A stretch of 61,509 nucleotides of DNA, the filler included, from Candidatus Aminicenantales bacterium (GTDB taxonomy: Bacteria; Acidobacteriota; Aminicenantia; Aminicenantales; Saccharicenantaceae): assembly GCA_049512315.1 (NCBI GenBank). It is 3 parts of 3 records of this genome, joined end to end, with 100 filler letters (N's around TTAATTAATTAA, not from the genome) between each part and the next. Parts side by side here need not be neighbours in the genome. Positions count along the whole stretch, not along the records: positions 44,254 to 61,509 come from JBEKXF010000045.1; 2 more parts are not named here. The stretch is one strand, 5' to 3'. Below the pieces are notes generated by a model that had not been told where the DNA came from, ran no database searches, and saw only the letters and a list, made by a program, of their open reading frames with translations. Shown piece by piece: positions 47,601 to 56,952 of the stretch. The stretch's first letter is position 1. Each line of letters begins with the position of its first letter. Position numbers and translations under genes: made by a program.

Positions 47601-48063
47601 GGTCCGTTTCCAGGCCGAGCGCGGGGCGCCCGCCGAGATCACGCTCGACGCGCTGACCTCGTGGAGCGAGAGTGGCGACGCGGGCGTCAGGTACTTCTCC
47701 GGCACGGGAACCTATACCAAGGCTTTCCAGGCGCCGGCCGACTGGATGAAGTCCGGCGCGCGGCTGTGGCTTGATCTCGGCGACGTGAAAAACCTGGCCG
47801 AGGTGTCGGTCAACGGCCGCCCGTTGGGCATCGTCTGGAAAGCGCCTTTCCGGGTCGAGGTGACTGGGGCGATAAAACCGGGCCCGAACGAATTGCAGGT
47901 CAAAGTGACGAACCTGTGGGTGAATCGGCTGATCGGCGACCAGCAGCCCGACGCGGCGAAGAAGTTCACCTACACGACGCAGCCGTTCTATCGGGCCGAC
48001 TCGCCGTTGTTGCCCTCAGGACTTCTGGGACCGGTGCGGATCCTGCGGTCCGCGACGGACTAG
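44695..48063 (+). CDS. GH106 glycoside hydrolase (alpha-L-rhamnosidase-like), exported
   Basis: PRVWWHWMNGNITKDGIKADLE, DSWE, AAESLT, LDLGDVKNLAEV, SGLLGPV. Confidence 0.9.
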   Translation: MRTRNKTRRIGGVAIVMTLLGTWAAGAQNSGDALERGFKNPPDSAKPRVWWHWMNGNITKDGIKADLEWMKRAGIGGFQNFDAALNTPQVVKKRLIYMTPEWKDAFKYAATLADQLGLEMAIAGSPGWSETGGPWVPPAQAMKKLVWSETRLEGGRPFKGVLPKPPSTTGPFQNIGRGRSEGGTSAPSPEYYGNSAVVAYRLPDGDLSMAELQPKVSSSGGQFNLAGLTDGDLEKTITLPAAPVDEKAWIQFEFEKPQAIRGLSIVASTRRRSDGSRGESVQALEASDDGRQYRTIETIPEGGSAQRTMTFPAVTAKFFRLTFKTPQPPAAGRVGSGGGAPAAPAGTQIAEIVLHTGARVNRFEEKAGFSAATNLDSLATPPLPIQDAVRKADVVDLTSKMRLDGRLDWTPPAGRWIVLRLGYSLTGARNAPASPEATGLEVDKLNRGHVETYLNNYLGRYKDTLGALMGRRGLQYVITDSWEAGVQNWTEDMIAEFTKRRGYDPHPWLPVLTGRVVESAESSDRFLWDFRKTIGDLTTEYHYDQISASLHKLGMGRYTESHESGRAFIGDGMEVKRNAEIPMSALWTPETPSAEPPGYGVDIRESASVAHIYGQNLVAAESLTAYGGERGAWSWSPETLKPTADTELAMGLNRFVIHTSVHQPVSDKVPGLSLGPFGQWFTRHETWAELAKPWTTYLARSSYMLQQGKFVADVLYFYGEDSNITALFGAKPPDIPAGYDFDFVNADAILHRLSAEGGRITTPSGMTYAVLALDANSRHMTLPVLRKIRELVSAGAVVVGPKPTDTPSLSDNQAEFRSIADQLWGSGEGERAYGQGKVYAGQTIGQALAALEVEPDFEYTKPREDTHLLFVHRKLADGDVFWVDNRKKRVETPEASFRVQGKDVEFWHADTGEVEPAPYLIANGRTTVPLRLDPYDAVFVVFLKPATIQARALPREIETPLGTVEGPWAVRFQAERGAPAEITLDALTSWSESGDAGVRYFSGTGTYTKAFQAPADWMKSGARLWLDLGDVKNLAEVSVNGRPLGIVWKAPFRVEVTGAIKPGPNELQVKVTNLWVNRLIGDQQPDAAKKFTYTTQPFYRADSPLLPSGLLGPVRILRSATD

Positions 48064-48171
48064 AAAGAGCCGTCGCGATACGATCGTATTCGTTCCCTTT
48101 TCGTGTATGTGGAACGTTATCTCAATCTTCCATACGAGATAGGTAGAAGTCATGCCCGTCGCAGACATCAG

Positions 48172-48220
48172 GCAATAACCCCGCGTCAAGCCGCGGGGGA
48201 TACTGCAAAGCTTCGCTTAA
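48172..48220. mobile_element. Minimal non-autonomous IS200 derivative (fused ends)
   Basis: GCAATAACCCCGCG matches the IS end at 34542; AGCCGCGGGGGATACTGCAAAG.TTCGCTTAA matches 35121-35152. Confidence 0.8.
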
Positions 48221-48797
48221 GGGGAGAAAAAGATTCCTCTGGATAATATGAACATCCGCATTCGGCCACTTCAGAAAAATCCCGGGAGCAGACGTGGTGC
48301 GCGATGAGAGCTAATTTGGCCCTATCTCTGAAGCCACATTTTGCGTAAATTCTCTTGATATGGCTTCTGATTGTCTCCAGGGACACGTGAAGGCTTTGGG
48401 CCATTTCTTCATTCGTCATCCCCTGCCCAAGCAGCCGGAAAACCTGGAACTCACAATGGCTGAGACTATGGATTTTGGAGATAACCTCCTCTCTTTGCGG
48501 CCGCTCGTCGGCGAGGTGCTTCTTGATCTCGTCTATTCTGTCTTTTTCCCCGTATTTCTGCCGCAGGAAATCGTTCACCTTGTTCCTGATGACAGCATAA
48601 ATGAACGATCTCGGAGGCGTCCACCCGGCCCCCAATTTTCGGAGGGTCAGGAGAATCGCAAAGTAAACCTCCGACAGGATGTCGTCACTGCAGGGGTCTC
48701 CGCCCAGCGACTTATAGACGGCGCCCTTTATCAGGGCGCCGTAATTTTTCACGATCTCCTCCATGGCGGAATTCTGTTTGGCCAAGACTTCATTCAT
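48186..48797 (-). CDS. Regulator with sigma region-2-like N-terminus and LuxR HTH
   Basis: SFIYAVIRNKVNDFLR; LSHCEFQVFRLLGQGMTNEEMAQSLHVSLETIRSHIKRIYAK. Confidence 0.8.
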   Translation of the reverse strand: MNEVLAKQNSAMEEIVKNYGALIKGAVYKSLGGDPCSDDILSEVYFAILLTLRKLGAGWTPPRSFIYAVIRNKVNDFLRQKYGEKDRIDEIKKHLADERPQREEVISKIHSLSHCEFQVFRLLGQGMTNEEMAQSLHVSLETIRSHIKRIYAKCGFRDRAKLALIAHHVCSRDFSEVAECGCSYYPEESFSPLKRSFAVSPAA

Positions 48798-49060
48798 TTG
48801 TTTTCCTCCAGCACGTTTTCCTGAATTGTTGCACTCGGACAAGCAAAGCGGGCCGCTTTACCGGCTCTCAATTAATCGTCCAAGATTCGCAAATCCAGGT
48901 TCTCGCCGACAATCTATCAGTTCAGCATGAATCCACAGTTAATGGAAAATGAATACAACATTAAATATGAACTTGTAATCGTCATGCGAATCCCATATTC
49001 TGTTCACGAAGTCTGGAGAACTATCGAAAACAATGGGGATAACTCGCGGGAGGAATCGCT

Positions 49061-49732
49061 ATGCGGATTCTTGTTGTCGAAGATTCGAGGCGCCTTGCCA
49101 GCATCATCAAGCGGGGGCTTGTGGAGGAAGGGTACACGGTGGACAACGCTTATGACGGAGAGGAAGCCCAATACATGGCGGAGACCACACCTTTTGATCT
49201 AATTATCCTGGACGTCATGTTGCCAAAAAAAGACGGCCTGGCTGTTTGTCGCGAGCTCCGAGACAAAAAGGTGAGCATGCCGATCCTTATGCTCACCGCC
49301 AAGGACAGTGTTGAAGATAAGGTCGCAGGTCTTGATTCCGGCGCCGACGACTACCAAGTCAAGCCATTCGCCTTTATCGAGCTTCTGGCCCGGATGCGCG
49401 CCTTGCTCAGGCGCGAGATCACTCCCAAAACGCATAAGCTCCAGTCCGGGGATTTGGTCATGGATATCTGGACCCGAGAGGTGTGGCGGGGGGAGAGGAA
49501 GATAGACCTGACCGCCAAGGAATACGCCATTCTGGAGTACTTCTTGCGACGTCCCAACGCCGTCATCACGAGAACCATGCTTGCAGAGAATATTTGGAAT
49601 TATGAGTTCGACGGCCTCTCCAATATCATCGACGTCTATGTACGGAGGATTCGCCGTAAGATTGACGAGGACGGGCAGAATAGCCTGATCCAAACTCTGA
49701 GAGGGGCGGGCTACCGCCTGCGTGTGCCATGA
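49061..49732 (+). CDS. OmpR-family response regulator
   Basis: ILVVED, ILDVMLP, GADDY.VKPF, wHTH TLRGAGY. Confidence 0.95.
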   Translation: MRILVVEDSRRLASIIKRGLVEEGYTVDNAYDGEEAQYMAETTPFDLIILDVMLPKKDGLAVCRELRDKKVSMPILMLTAKDSVEDKVAGLDSGADDYQVKPFAFIELLARMRALLRREITPKTHKLQSGDLVMDIWTREVWRGERKIDLTAKEYAILEYFLRRPNAVITRTMLAENIWNYEFDGLSNIIDVYVRRIRRKIDEDGQNSLIQTLRGAGYRLRVP

Positions 49733-51108
49733 CGATTTTTAATAGCATAAAATTTCGCTTAACGGTATGGTACTTGATTGCCATCCTGGTCCTTCTGGCG
49801 GTGTTCGGAACGGTCGCCTATTTCATGCTGTCGAAGAATCTTTACCGAAACCTCGATGAGGCGTTGCAGACGAGGGTCACCGAGTTGGAGGGTTCCATCA
49901 AGCTGGTGAATGGTCAGATTAGCTTCGAGCAGAAATTCAACGACCTCGTGTTCATCTATAATGCCGATGGTGCTCTGTTGCAGCGGCTGGGACCCAATAT
50001 CGGATTTCCCCATATCGAGAAGATCGTCCAGCAGGCTCTTTTGGGTCAGAGCTCTTTTCTGACAGCAACAACCACCGAGGGGCAGAATGTGAGAATGTAT
50101 GGAGCGCCGTTCAATGTCGATTCGCGGACGCGCATCGCCGTTATCGTCGGCCGTCTTCCTCAAGATATACAAAACATGCTGGCCATCTTTAGGAGGGTCA
50201 TTATCTACTCAGCCCTGGCCGTCCTCCTCTTGGCTGGCGTCGGCGGCATGTTCCTGACGAACCGGACCTTGAAGCCGGTCGATCACATCACGGACATCGC
50301 TCGGGGGATCGGCGAGAGCGATCTGAGCAGGAGGATTGAGATTCAGAGCGATGACGAAATGGGAAGGCTGGCCTCCACCCTGAACGGGATGATCGCCCGC
50401 CTCGAGGAAGCTTTTAATAGGCAAAGGCAATTCGCCGCGGATGCCTCCCATGAGTTACGAACGCCTCTCGCCGTCATCCAGGCAGAGTCTTCCCTTGCGC
50501 TGGACAAAAAGAGAACCCAGGCTGAGTATCGCAAGTCGCTGGAGGTTGTCTCCCAAGAAGTGGCCTACATGTCGGAGATCATCGGCAAGTTGCTCCAGCT
50601 CGTTCGCGGCGACGCGAGCTCCGAACAGCTCAACCTCGACGAGGTCAATTTGAGGGATCTCTGGGCTGAACTGACATCGGATCTGGAGGCACTCGCCCAA
50701 GAAAAGGGCCTTCAGTTCCTCCAGGGGCCGATGGATAATCTCTCCGTAATGGGGGACAAGCTAACGTTGAGACAGCTGTTCTTGAACATCCTGGACAACG
50801 CTATCCGGTATACGCCGAGTGGCGGGTCCATCACGGGTTCGCTCATAAAAAAAGAAGAGAATGCGGTCGTGTCCATCAGTGATACGGGCGTAGGGATATC
50901 GGCTGAGCACCTGCCGTTCATCTTCGACCGATTTTATCGTGTGGACAAAGCGCGCTCTCGGGCCGAGGGCGGTACGGGGCTTGGCCTGGCGATCGCTAGC
51001 TCCATAGCCAAGATGCACGGGGGGTATATAGAAATCGAGAGCCAAGTCGGCAAAGGCAGCTCATTTCATATCATCCTCCCCCTCCTCGTTGCGCAAGTGG
51101 AGAAGTAG
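49729..51108 (+). CDS. HAMP sensor histidine kinase
   Basis: SHELRTPL, NILDNAIRY, DTGVGI, FDRFYR, GTGLGL. Confidence 0.95.
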   Translation: MTIFNSIKFRLTVWYLIAILVLLAVFGTVAYFMLSKNLYRNLDEALQTRVTELEGSIKLVNGQISFEQKFNDLVFIYNADGALLQRLGPNIGFPHIEKIVQQALLGQSSFLTATTTEGQNVRMYGAPFNVDSRTRIAVIVGRLPQDIQNMLAIFRRVIIYSALAVLLLAGVGGMFLTNRTLKPVDHITDIARGIGESDLSRRIEIQSDDEMGRLASTLNGMIARLEEAFNRQRQFAADASHELRTPLAVIQAESSLALDKKRTQAEYRKSLEVVSQEVAYMSEIIGKLLQLVRGDASSEQLNLDEVNLRDLWAELTSDLEALAQEKGLQFLQGPMDNLSVMGDKLTLRQLFLNILDNAIRYTPSGGSITGSLIKKEENAVVSISDTGVGISAEHLPFIFDRFYRVDKARSRAEGGTGLGLAIASSIAKMHGGYIEIESQVGKGSSFHIILPLLVAQVEK

Positions 51109-51418
51109 GCGCGTGATTTCGCTCGGCTATCGACCGGCCGTAGAAAGCCTATTCTTGCCGCCCAAACGCTCCCGGGGGGCTTACAACGCGGGAGGGGGGT
51201 GGGCCCCGTGTGGTAGGCAAGGGTAGCAAGATGTGTTATTCGGAGGGGGCTGGCGTTGATTCTTGTAGCTAAGACCCCTTTACCTAAAGCCAGACTGATT
51301 TAGGACTCCCGTAATTAATTGAATTATCTGGCTTACGTGGGGGGATTTGACGGTGTCGAATGAAACCATCCCTTGTTGCGAGGGATTATAATATAATAGC
51401 CTGTCAGGATGGCGTGCT

Positions 51419-52354
51419 GTGTTTGAGGACTGCATCCAGATTCCGAAAGCGAACGGCCGGAGCCGTTCCGGAAAGCTTATCCCGCTCGTCATCTCCGTCG
51501 TTTTTCATGTTTTCTTCGTCTACGCTCTTTATCATGCCCGGTTTCCCATCAAGATCCTCAAAGTCGGACCCACTGTCCGGAATGTCGTCATCGGGCCCCT
51601 CCTGACATCTTCCCTGCCCAAAATCGTCGGCTCCCTTGGAACTAGAGCTCCGGCCAAGGGAGCTCCGCCCGGAGGTGGCCCCGGGCCTGAAGCCGGAACC
51701 GCGCGTCCCGGCCGCCGGGCTCCCCAAAGCATGGAAAGGGCGGCGGCAGCCCCAGGCCCGCCCGGCCGCGGGACTTCCGGAGCGTCCGGCTCCGCCGTTC
51801 CGGCCCTGTCGTCCAAATTTCAGGAGTCCCTGGCGTCGCGGCTCAAGACCGGCCAGGAATCGGAGCTCAAGATCGTTCTCTCCCCGCCGGGTTCGAAGCC
51901 CGGTCCGCCCGGCCCGGCCGCAAAGGGTGCTGTAACCGACTTCTTCAGCTATCTCCCGGGGCCTGTCGGGGAGGGGGGAGGCGGCCGCTACGGGACCGGC
52001 GGGACGGGAGGGGGAGGAAGAGGGACGGGCTCCGGCCAAAGGGCCACCATGTCCATCCCCCTCAAAGGCTACGATCTCACGCCCTGGGCCCAAAAAGTCC
52101 TGGAGCTCATCGTGAGGAACTGGGACCTTCCGTCCATCGGGAATCTGCCTGACCGGACCCAGGTCAGGATCATCCTGATCATCAGCAAGAGCGGTGACCT
52201 CTCCTCCCTGGAGATCGTCGAGGGAACCGCCCTCGACGCCCTGGAGCGGGCGGCCGTGAAAGCCATCCGGGTCAGCCTGCCCTTCCCTGCCCTGCCGGCC
52301 GATTTCCCGGGAGATTTTCTCGAGGCCCACGTCGAATTCACCTATCATGATTAG
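51419..52354 (+). CDS. TonB/TolA C-terminal domain protein
   Basis: N-terminal TM with SVVFH; Gly/Pro linker; RNW..P...ISKSG...LERAAVKAI..PFPALP. Confidence 0.75.
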   Translation: MFEDCIQIPKANGRSRSGKLIPLVISVVFHVFFVYALYHARFPIKILKVGPTVRNVVIGPLLTSSLPKIVGSLGTRAPAKGAPPGGGPGPEAGTARPGRRAPQSMERAAAAPGPPGRGTSGASGSAVPALSSKFQESLASRLKTGQESELKIVLSPPGSKPGPPGPAAKGAVTDFFSYLPGPVGEGGGGRYGTGGTGGGGRGTGSGQRATMSIPLKGYDLTPWAQKVLELIVRNWDLPSIGNLPDRTQVRIILIISKSGDLSSLEIVEGTALDALERAAVKAIRVSLPFPALPADFPGDFLEAHVEFTYHD

Positions 52355-53435
52355 AAGGATTTCCGTCGCCGGCCTTTTTTTCCTGGCCCTCGGTCTGGCC
52401 TGGGCGGCCGACTGGAAGGCCGAGCTTCTCTCCTGTCTCGGTCCCCGCCCCGATTATCTGAAGGCCATGAACCTCCTCGCCGGACAGGCCAAAAGCCTGG
52501 AGTCCGGAGACCGGCAGACCGCTGAAGCGCTCCTCCCCTACCTCGCCCGCAAGCTCCGGAGGACGGCGGAGGAGCAGGACCTGATCTCGGATTATTATGA
52601 GAAATACAAAGACAACGACCCCGAGTTCGGGTTCCTGGATGATTCCACCCACCGTGATTTCCTGGACTTTTGGATGCACTGGAAGTCAAGCTATCCGCTC
52701 GTCTCGGGGATGAGCTTCCTTCTCCGTCCCGGGAGCGCGGGGGCGACCCTGCCGGCCGGGATCGAGATCGGGCTCGACCTCCTGAATGACGCTTACTACA
52801 AGATCTCCCTAGGACCCTATGTCCTCGAGGGCGGGTTCTGGCCGAGAGGTTTCCACATCGTGACCGTTCCGGTCGAAGACTTGTTCGACCGCTCCGGGAC
52901 ATACGAATTCACGCTGGACCTCAAGTCCGGAGCTCTCGTTTTGAGGAAGCCCATCAGGATCGAAGTCATCGTCTCCTCCGTCGCTCGCCTCGGGCCCCTG
53001 CCGCCCGCGATGCCCACCATCGAAGACGGTTCCAAGGCCCGGACGGCCCCCCCCGTTCAGTCGAACCTCGAGGGCGACCTCTCTCTCTATGTCGGCGGCA
53101 AGCTCATCATGACCAGCCGGAAGCTCGCCGTCAGAATGCCTCCCATCAATATTCCGATTCCAGGGCCCTCCCTGCCCGGCACCAAGCCCTATCTTCCGCC
53201 CCCCAAGACGGACCCCATGGCGAACAGCGTCTCCATCCTGGACGCCCTCGCCCTGACCTACAAGACGCTGAAGGACCTGCTCTCCAAGAAACCTCCGGCG
53301 CCCTTGGCCCCGAGCTACCAGAAGGTCACCAGCCTGTCATTCTCCTTCGATCGGGCGATGGGAGACGGCACGCTCTCTGGCGCCCGGGCGGAGGTTCGAC
53401 TGGACCCGGTCCGGGGCGCGATCCTACGCCGATGA
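52347..53435 (+). CDS. Exported hypothetical protein
   Basis: Signal peptide; overlaps upstream stop codon; host-like codon usage. Confidence 0.7.
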   Translation: MIRRISVAGLFFLALGLAWAADWKAELLSCLGPRPDYLKAMNLLAGQAKSLESGDRQTAEALLPYLARKLRRTAEEQDLISDYYEKYKDNDPEFGFLDDSTHRDFLDFWMHWKSSYPLVSGMSFLLRPGSAGATLPAGIEIGLDLLNDAYYKISLGPYVLEGGFWPRGFHIVTVPVEDLFDRSGTYEFTLDLKSGALVLRKPIRIEVIVSSVARLGPLPPAMPTIEDGSKARTAPPVQSNLEGDLSLYVGGKLIMTSRKLAVRMPPINIPIPGPSLPGTKPYLPPPKTDPMANSVSILDALALTYKTLKDLLSKKPPAPLAPSYQKVTSLSFSFDRAMGDGTLSGARAEVRLDPVRGAILRR

Positions 53436-53579
53436 AGGTCCCGGCCGCAGGCCTCAAAAAGAAAAATCTTTGACTTTTCCCGATTTCTTGATATATCCTG
53501 CATCAGAAGGATTTTTGGGAATCCGGCCCTGAGGCCCTGCTCACGGACAGACGACGAGGCCTAAGAAGGGAGGCTGATC

Positions 53580-54014
53580 ATGGCAGACAAGGGGATCGAA
53601 AGGCGGTTATGCCAGCGTTTCAAAATCCCCGGGGCCACGATCTCCTATCGGAGGGAACGGTTCCTATCGACCCAGGTCGGGTTCGACGAGGAATTCTGCC
53701 CAGTCCTCGACATCAGCCGCGGCGGCGTCCGCTTCCTGACTCAGAAGCCTCTGAAGTTCAAGTCCAGGGTTGTTCTCCAGATCTCCATCCCGGGAGAAAG
53801 AATCCCCCTTAACCTGAGAGGGCGGGTCCGGTGGTCGTCCTTCAACCCGGGCAAGAGCTATAAGTACCAGGCCGGCGTCCAGTTCAACCCCTACGGTGAA
53901 GAGAAAGGTCAAAACTATCCCGGCAACCTGGTGAAGATCATCGCCCTCGAACAGAAGTTCAGCGAGCCGACGAACGGCGAGGGCACCGGCAAGGCCAGCG
54001 AGTTCAGCATCTAG
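53580..54014 (+). CDS. PilZ domain protein
   Basis: ERRxxxR and DISRGG motifs; GRVRW, GVQF. Confidence 0.88.
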   Translation: MADKGIERRLCQRFKIPGATISYRRERFLSTQVGFDEEFCPVLDISRGGVRFLTQKPLKFKSRVVLQISIPGERIPLNLRGRVRWSSFNPGKSYKYQAGVQFNPYGEEKGQNYPGNLVKIIALEQKFSEPTNGEGTGKASEFSI

Positions 54015-56104
54015 CGCGGAGCGCCCTGCTTCGCCGGCCTCTCCCCTTCCACCACCACCTGCGAATAGTCGGCCATTCCGGACAGCATCCGGTTGATGGC
54101 CTGGAGCAGGCCGAGCCGGTTCTGCCTCAGCTTCTTCTCCTCCGCCATCACGAGGACGCGGTCGAAGAACGCGTTGAGGACGGGCTGAAGCTTGAAGATG
54201 ATGCCCTGGGCCCGGACGAAGTCCCCGCAGGCGATCATCGGCGAAGCGTTATGCTCGATAATGGAGAAGGCCGAGAAGAGGTCGCGCTCCTCTTTCTCGA
54301 CGAACAGGTCGGGATTGAGCTTAGAGACGGGCTGGTCCCGGAGGATGTTGTTGGTCCTCTTGGCCATGAGGATGAAGGGCTCGAACTGCGGGCTGGCCTT
54401 GAGGGAATCGAGCGCCCGGACCCGCAGGAGGATGTCCTGGATCTGGTCGATCCCCGGCCCCAGGGCCGCCCCAACGAGGTCGTAGCGGAAGCCCTGCTTT
54501 TCCAGGATGAAACGGAGCCGGCCGGTGAAGAATTCGAGAACGTATCGCTTGACGGAGTCCCGTTTCACCGTGAGCCTGTCGCCATAAGCGGTCAGGACCT
54601 TGTCGATGAGGAGAGGAAAGGGGAACCGGAACTCCTTGTCGAGGATGACCTTACAGACGCCGTGGGCGTTCCGGCGGAGGCCGAAGGGGTCGCTCGACCC
54701 GCTGACCTCGACCCCCACGCCGACGACCCCGACAATGGAGTCCAGCTTGTCGGCGACGGAGAGGATGGCCCCCGAGAGGGACGACGGTGAATCGTCCTCC
54801 AGGCCCGCCGGCTGGTAATGCTCGTAGATCGCCTGGTGGACCGCGGCGGGATAACCCTCCTCGCGGGCATAGAGGCCGCCCATTTTTCCTTGCAGGCCCG
54901 GGAATTCCTTGACCATTTCCGTCAGGAGGTCGGCCTTGCAGAGCCCGGCCGCTTCCGCGACATCCTTTTTGACCTTGGCCGCCTCGAGCTTGTCGCAGAG
55001 GTAGGAACCGATCTTCCTGAGCCTCTGGGCTTTGTCCTCGCAGCTGCCGAGTTTTTCCTGGAAGACGACGCTCCGGAGTCCCGCGGCCCGATCGGCCAGG
55101 GAGACCTTGCGGTCCTCGTCCCAGAAGAACCGGGCGTCCTCGAGCCTGGCCTTGAGGACGCGCTCGTTCCCGCTCCGGATGAGGCCCTGGGCGTCCTCCT
55201 TGGCGTCGGCGACTCCCAGGAAATGAGGGAGCTGCTTCTCGTCCTTGAGGACGGAGAAGAACTTCTGGTGCTTCCTCATGGCCGTGGACAGGACTTCCAT
55301 GGGCAGGCTCAGGAAGCTCTCGGGGAAAGCCCCAAAAACGACGAGCGGGTGCTCGACGTTGAGGGTCAGCTCTTCGAGCAGGTCCGGGTCCGGGTAGACT
55401 CTGGCCTTGAGCGGGGCCAGCTTTTCCTCGATCTGGGCCAGGATGATCGCTCTCCGCTCCGCGGGGTCCACGATCACCTGGTTCGCGGCGAGCAAATCCT
55501 TGTATTCAGCGAAGCTGCCGACCCTGAACTTCTGCGGCGAGAGGATCCTGTGTCCGACGGTCGAATCGACGGCCTTGAAGCCCTCGAAGACGAAGTCCAA
55601 CGGCTTCCCGTCGAAGAGGCAGAGGAGGTTATGGATGGGACGCGAGAAGCGAAATGGGCTCGCCCCCCAGCGCATCATCTTGGGAAAAGCGAGCGAGCCG
55701 AGGATCCGGGGCACGGCTTCGGCCAGGATCTCTCGCGTCGGCGTTCCCGTCGATTTCTTCTTGAAACCGAGGTATTCACCCTTGGGCGTCCTGACCACCT
55801 CGAGAGCGCTCTCCGGGATCCCCTGGGATCTGGCGAAGCCCCTGGCCGCCTGGGTGAAGGCGCCGTCGGGCCCGATGCCCACGGATTTGGGCGGGCCGGT
55901 CACAACGGCCTCGCGGTCTTCCTGTCCGGCGGCGAAATCGCCGACGACGATGAGGCGCCGGGGGGTGGCCAGGGTTTTGAGGCCGGCGACCCCGACCCGG
56001 GCCGCTTCGAGCTCCTGCCGGAACCGTGCCTCGAGCTGTTCCAGGGCCGACCGGATATGGGAAGCCGGGAGCTCTTCGGTCAGCACCTCCAGGAGGAATT
56101 CCAT
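54011..56104 (-). CDS. glyS: Glycine-tRNA ligase beta subunit
   Basis: FLLEVLTEELP, TPRRL, ARLEDARFF, EFPGLQG, GSSDPFGLRR; TAATG overlap with glyQ. Confidence 0.95.
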   Translation of the reverse strand: MEFLLEVLTEELPASHIRSALEQLEARFRQELEAARVGVAGLKTLATPRRLIVVGDFAAGQEDREAVVTGPPKSVGIGPDGAFTQAARGFARSQGIPESALEVVRTPKGEYLGFKKKSTGTPTREILAEAVPRILGSLAFPKMMRWGASPFRFSRPIHNLLCLFDGKPLDFVFEGFKAVDSTVGHRILSPQKFRVGSFAEYKDLLAANQVIVDPAERRAIILAQIEEKLAPLKARVYPDPDLLEELTLNVEHPLVVFGAFPESFLSLPMEVLSTAMRKHQKFFSVLKDEKQLPHFLGVADAKEDAQGLIRSGNERVLKARLEDARFFWDEDRKVSLADRAAGLRSVVFQEKLGSCEDKAQRLRKIGSYLCDKLEAAKVKKDVAEAAGLCKADLLTEMVKEFPGLQGKMGGLYAREEGYPAAVHQAIYEHYQPAGLEDDSPSSLSGAILSVADKLDSIVGVVGVGVEVSGSSDPFGLRRNAHGVCKVILDKEFRFPFPLLIDKVLTAYGDRLTVKRDSVKRYVLEFFTGRLRFILEKQGFRYDLVGAALGPGIDQIQDILLRVRALDSLKASPQFEPFILMAKRTNNILRDQPVSKLNPDLFVEKEERDLFSAFSIIEHNASPMIACGDFVRAQGIIFKLQPVLNAFFDRVLVMAEEKKLRQNRLGLLQAINRMLSGMADYSQVVVEGERPAKQGAPR

Positions 56105-56952
56105 TAGGCCTCCTCCTTCCCCGCGGTGAACCTCCGGGCGATCCCATTCACGAGGGCCCGGATCTCGGCGATCATCTTGACCCGCTCGGTGACGCTGATC
56201 GCCCGCCTCGAGTCGAGGAGGTTGAAATTGTGCGAGCACTTCAGGCACATGTCGTAGGCCGGGAGGAGCAGCCCCTTTTCGATCAGGCGGGCCGCCTCCT
56301 TCGCCGAGGCCTGGAAAGCGCGACGGAGTGTCTCGACATCGGCCGCGTTGAAATTATACTCGGAGAACTCCCGCTCCTCGCGATGGCGAAGGTCGCGGTA
56401 GGTGACATCGGATGACCAGTCGAGGTCGTAAATATCGTCTTTTTGCTCGAGGAACATCTCGAGCCGCTCGAGGCCGTAGGTGATCTCGACTGGGACGGGC
56501 GAAAGCTCGATCCCGCCGCACTGCTGGAAATAAGTGAACTGGGTGATCTCCAGCCCGTCGAGGAGGACCTGCCAGCCGACGCCCCAGGCGCCGATGGTCG
56601 GAGATTCCCAGTTGTCCTCGTCGAAGCGGAGATCGTGGTCCGAGAGGGCGATCCCCAGCGACGCGAGGCTTCGGACATAAATGTCCTGGATGTCGTCCGG
56701 CGAGGGCTTCATGATGACCTGATACTGGAAATGCTTCTGGACCCGGTTGGGGTTCTCCCCGTACCGGCCGTCCGTCGGGCGCCGGGAGGGCTGGACGTAG
56801 CCGACCTTCCAGGGCCGGCGGTCCAGGACCCGGAAGAAGGTGTCCGGGGTCATGGTCCCGGCGCCCACCTCGAGGTCATAGGTCTGGGCGAGGTAACAGC
56901 CCTGGGCGGCCCAGAACCTGTGCAGGCTGAGGATCAGGTCTTGGACCGACAT
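56104..56952 (-). CDS. glyQ: Glycine-tRNA ligase alpha subunit
   Basis: [35 protein letters not shown]. Confidence 0.97.
   Translation of the reverse strand: MSVQDLILSLHRFWAAQGCYLAQTYDLEVGAGTMTPDTFFRVLDRRPWKVGYVQPSRRPTDGRYGENPNRVQKHFQYQVIMKPSPDDIQDIYVRSLASLGIALSDHDLRFDEDNWESPTIGAWGVGWQVLLDGLEITQFTYFQQCGGIELSPVPVEITYGLERLEMFLEQKDDIYDLDWSSDVTYRDLRHREEREFSEYNFNAADVETLRRAFQASAKEAARLIEKGLLLPAYDMCLKCSHNFNLLDSRRAISVTERVKMIAEIRALVNGIARRFTAGKEEA

Noticed and set aside
51310..51337. CGTAA-N18-TTACG dyad resembling part of the R1 leader; TTTAGGACTCCCG shared with 20184
   Set aside because: Too short to distinguish from chance, and on a different contig.
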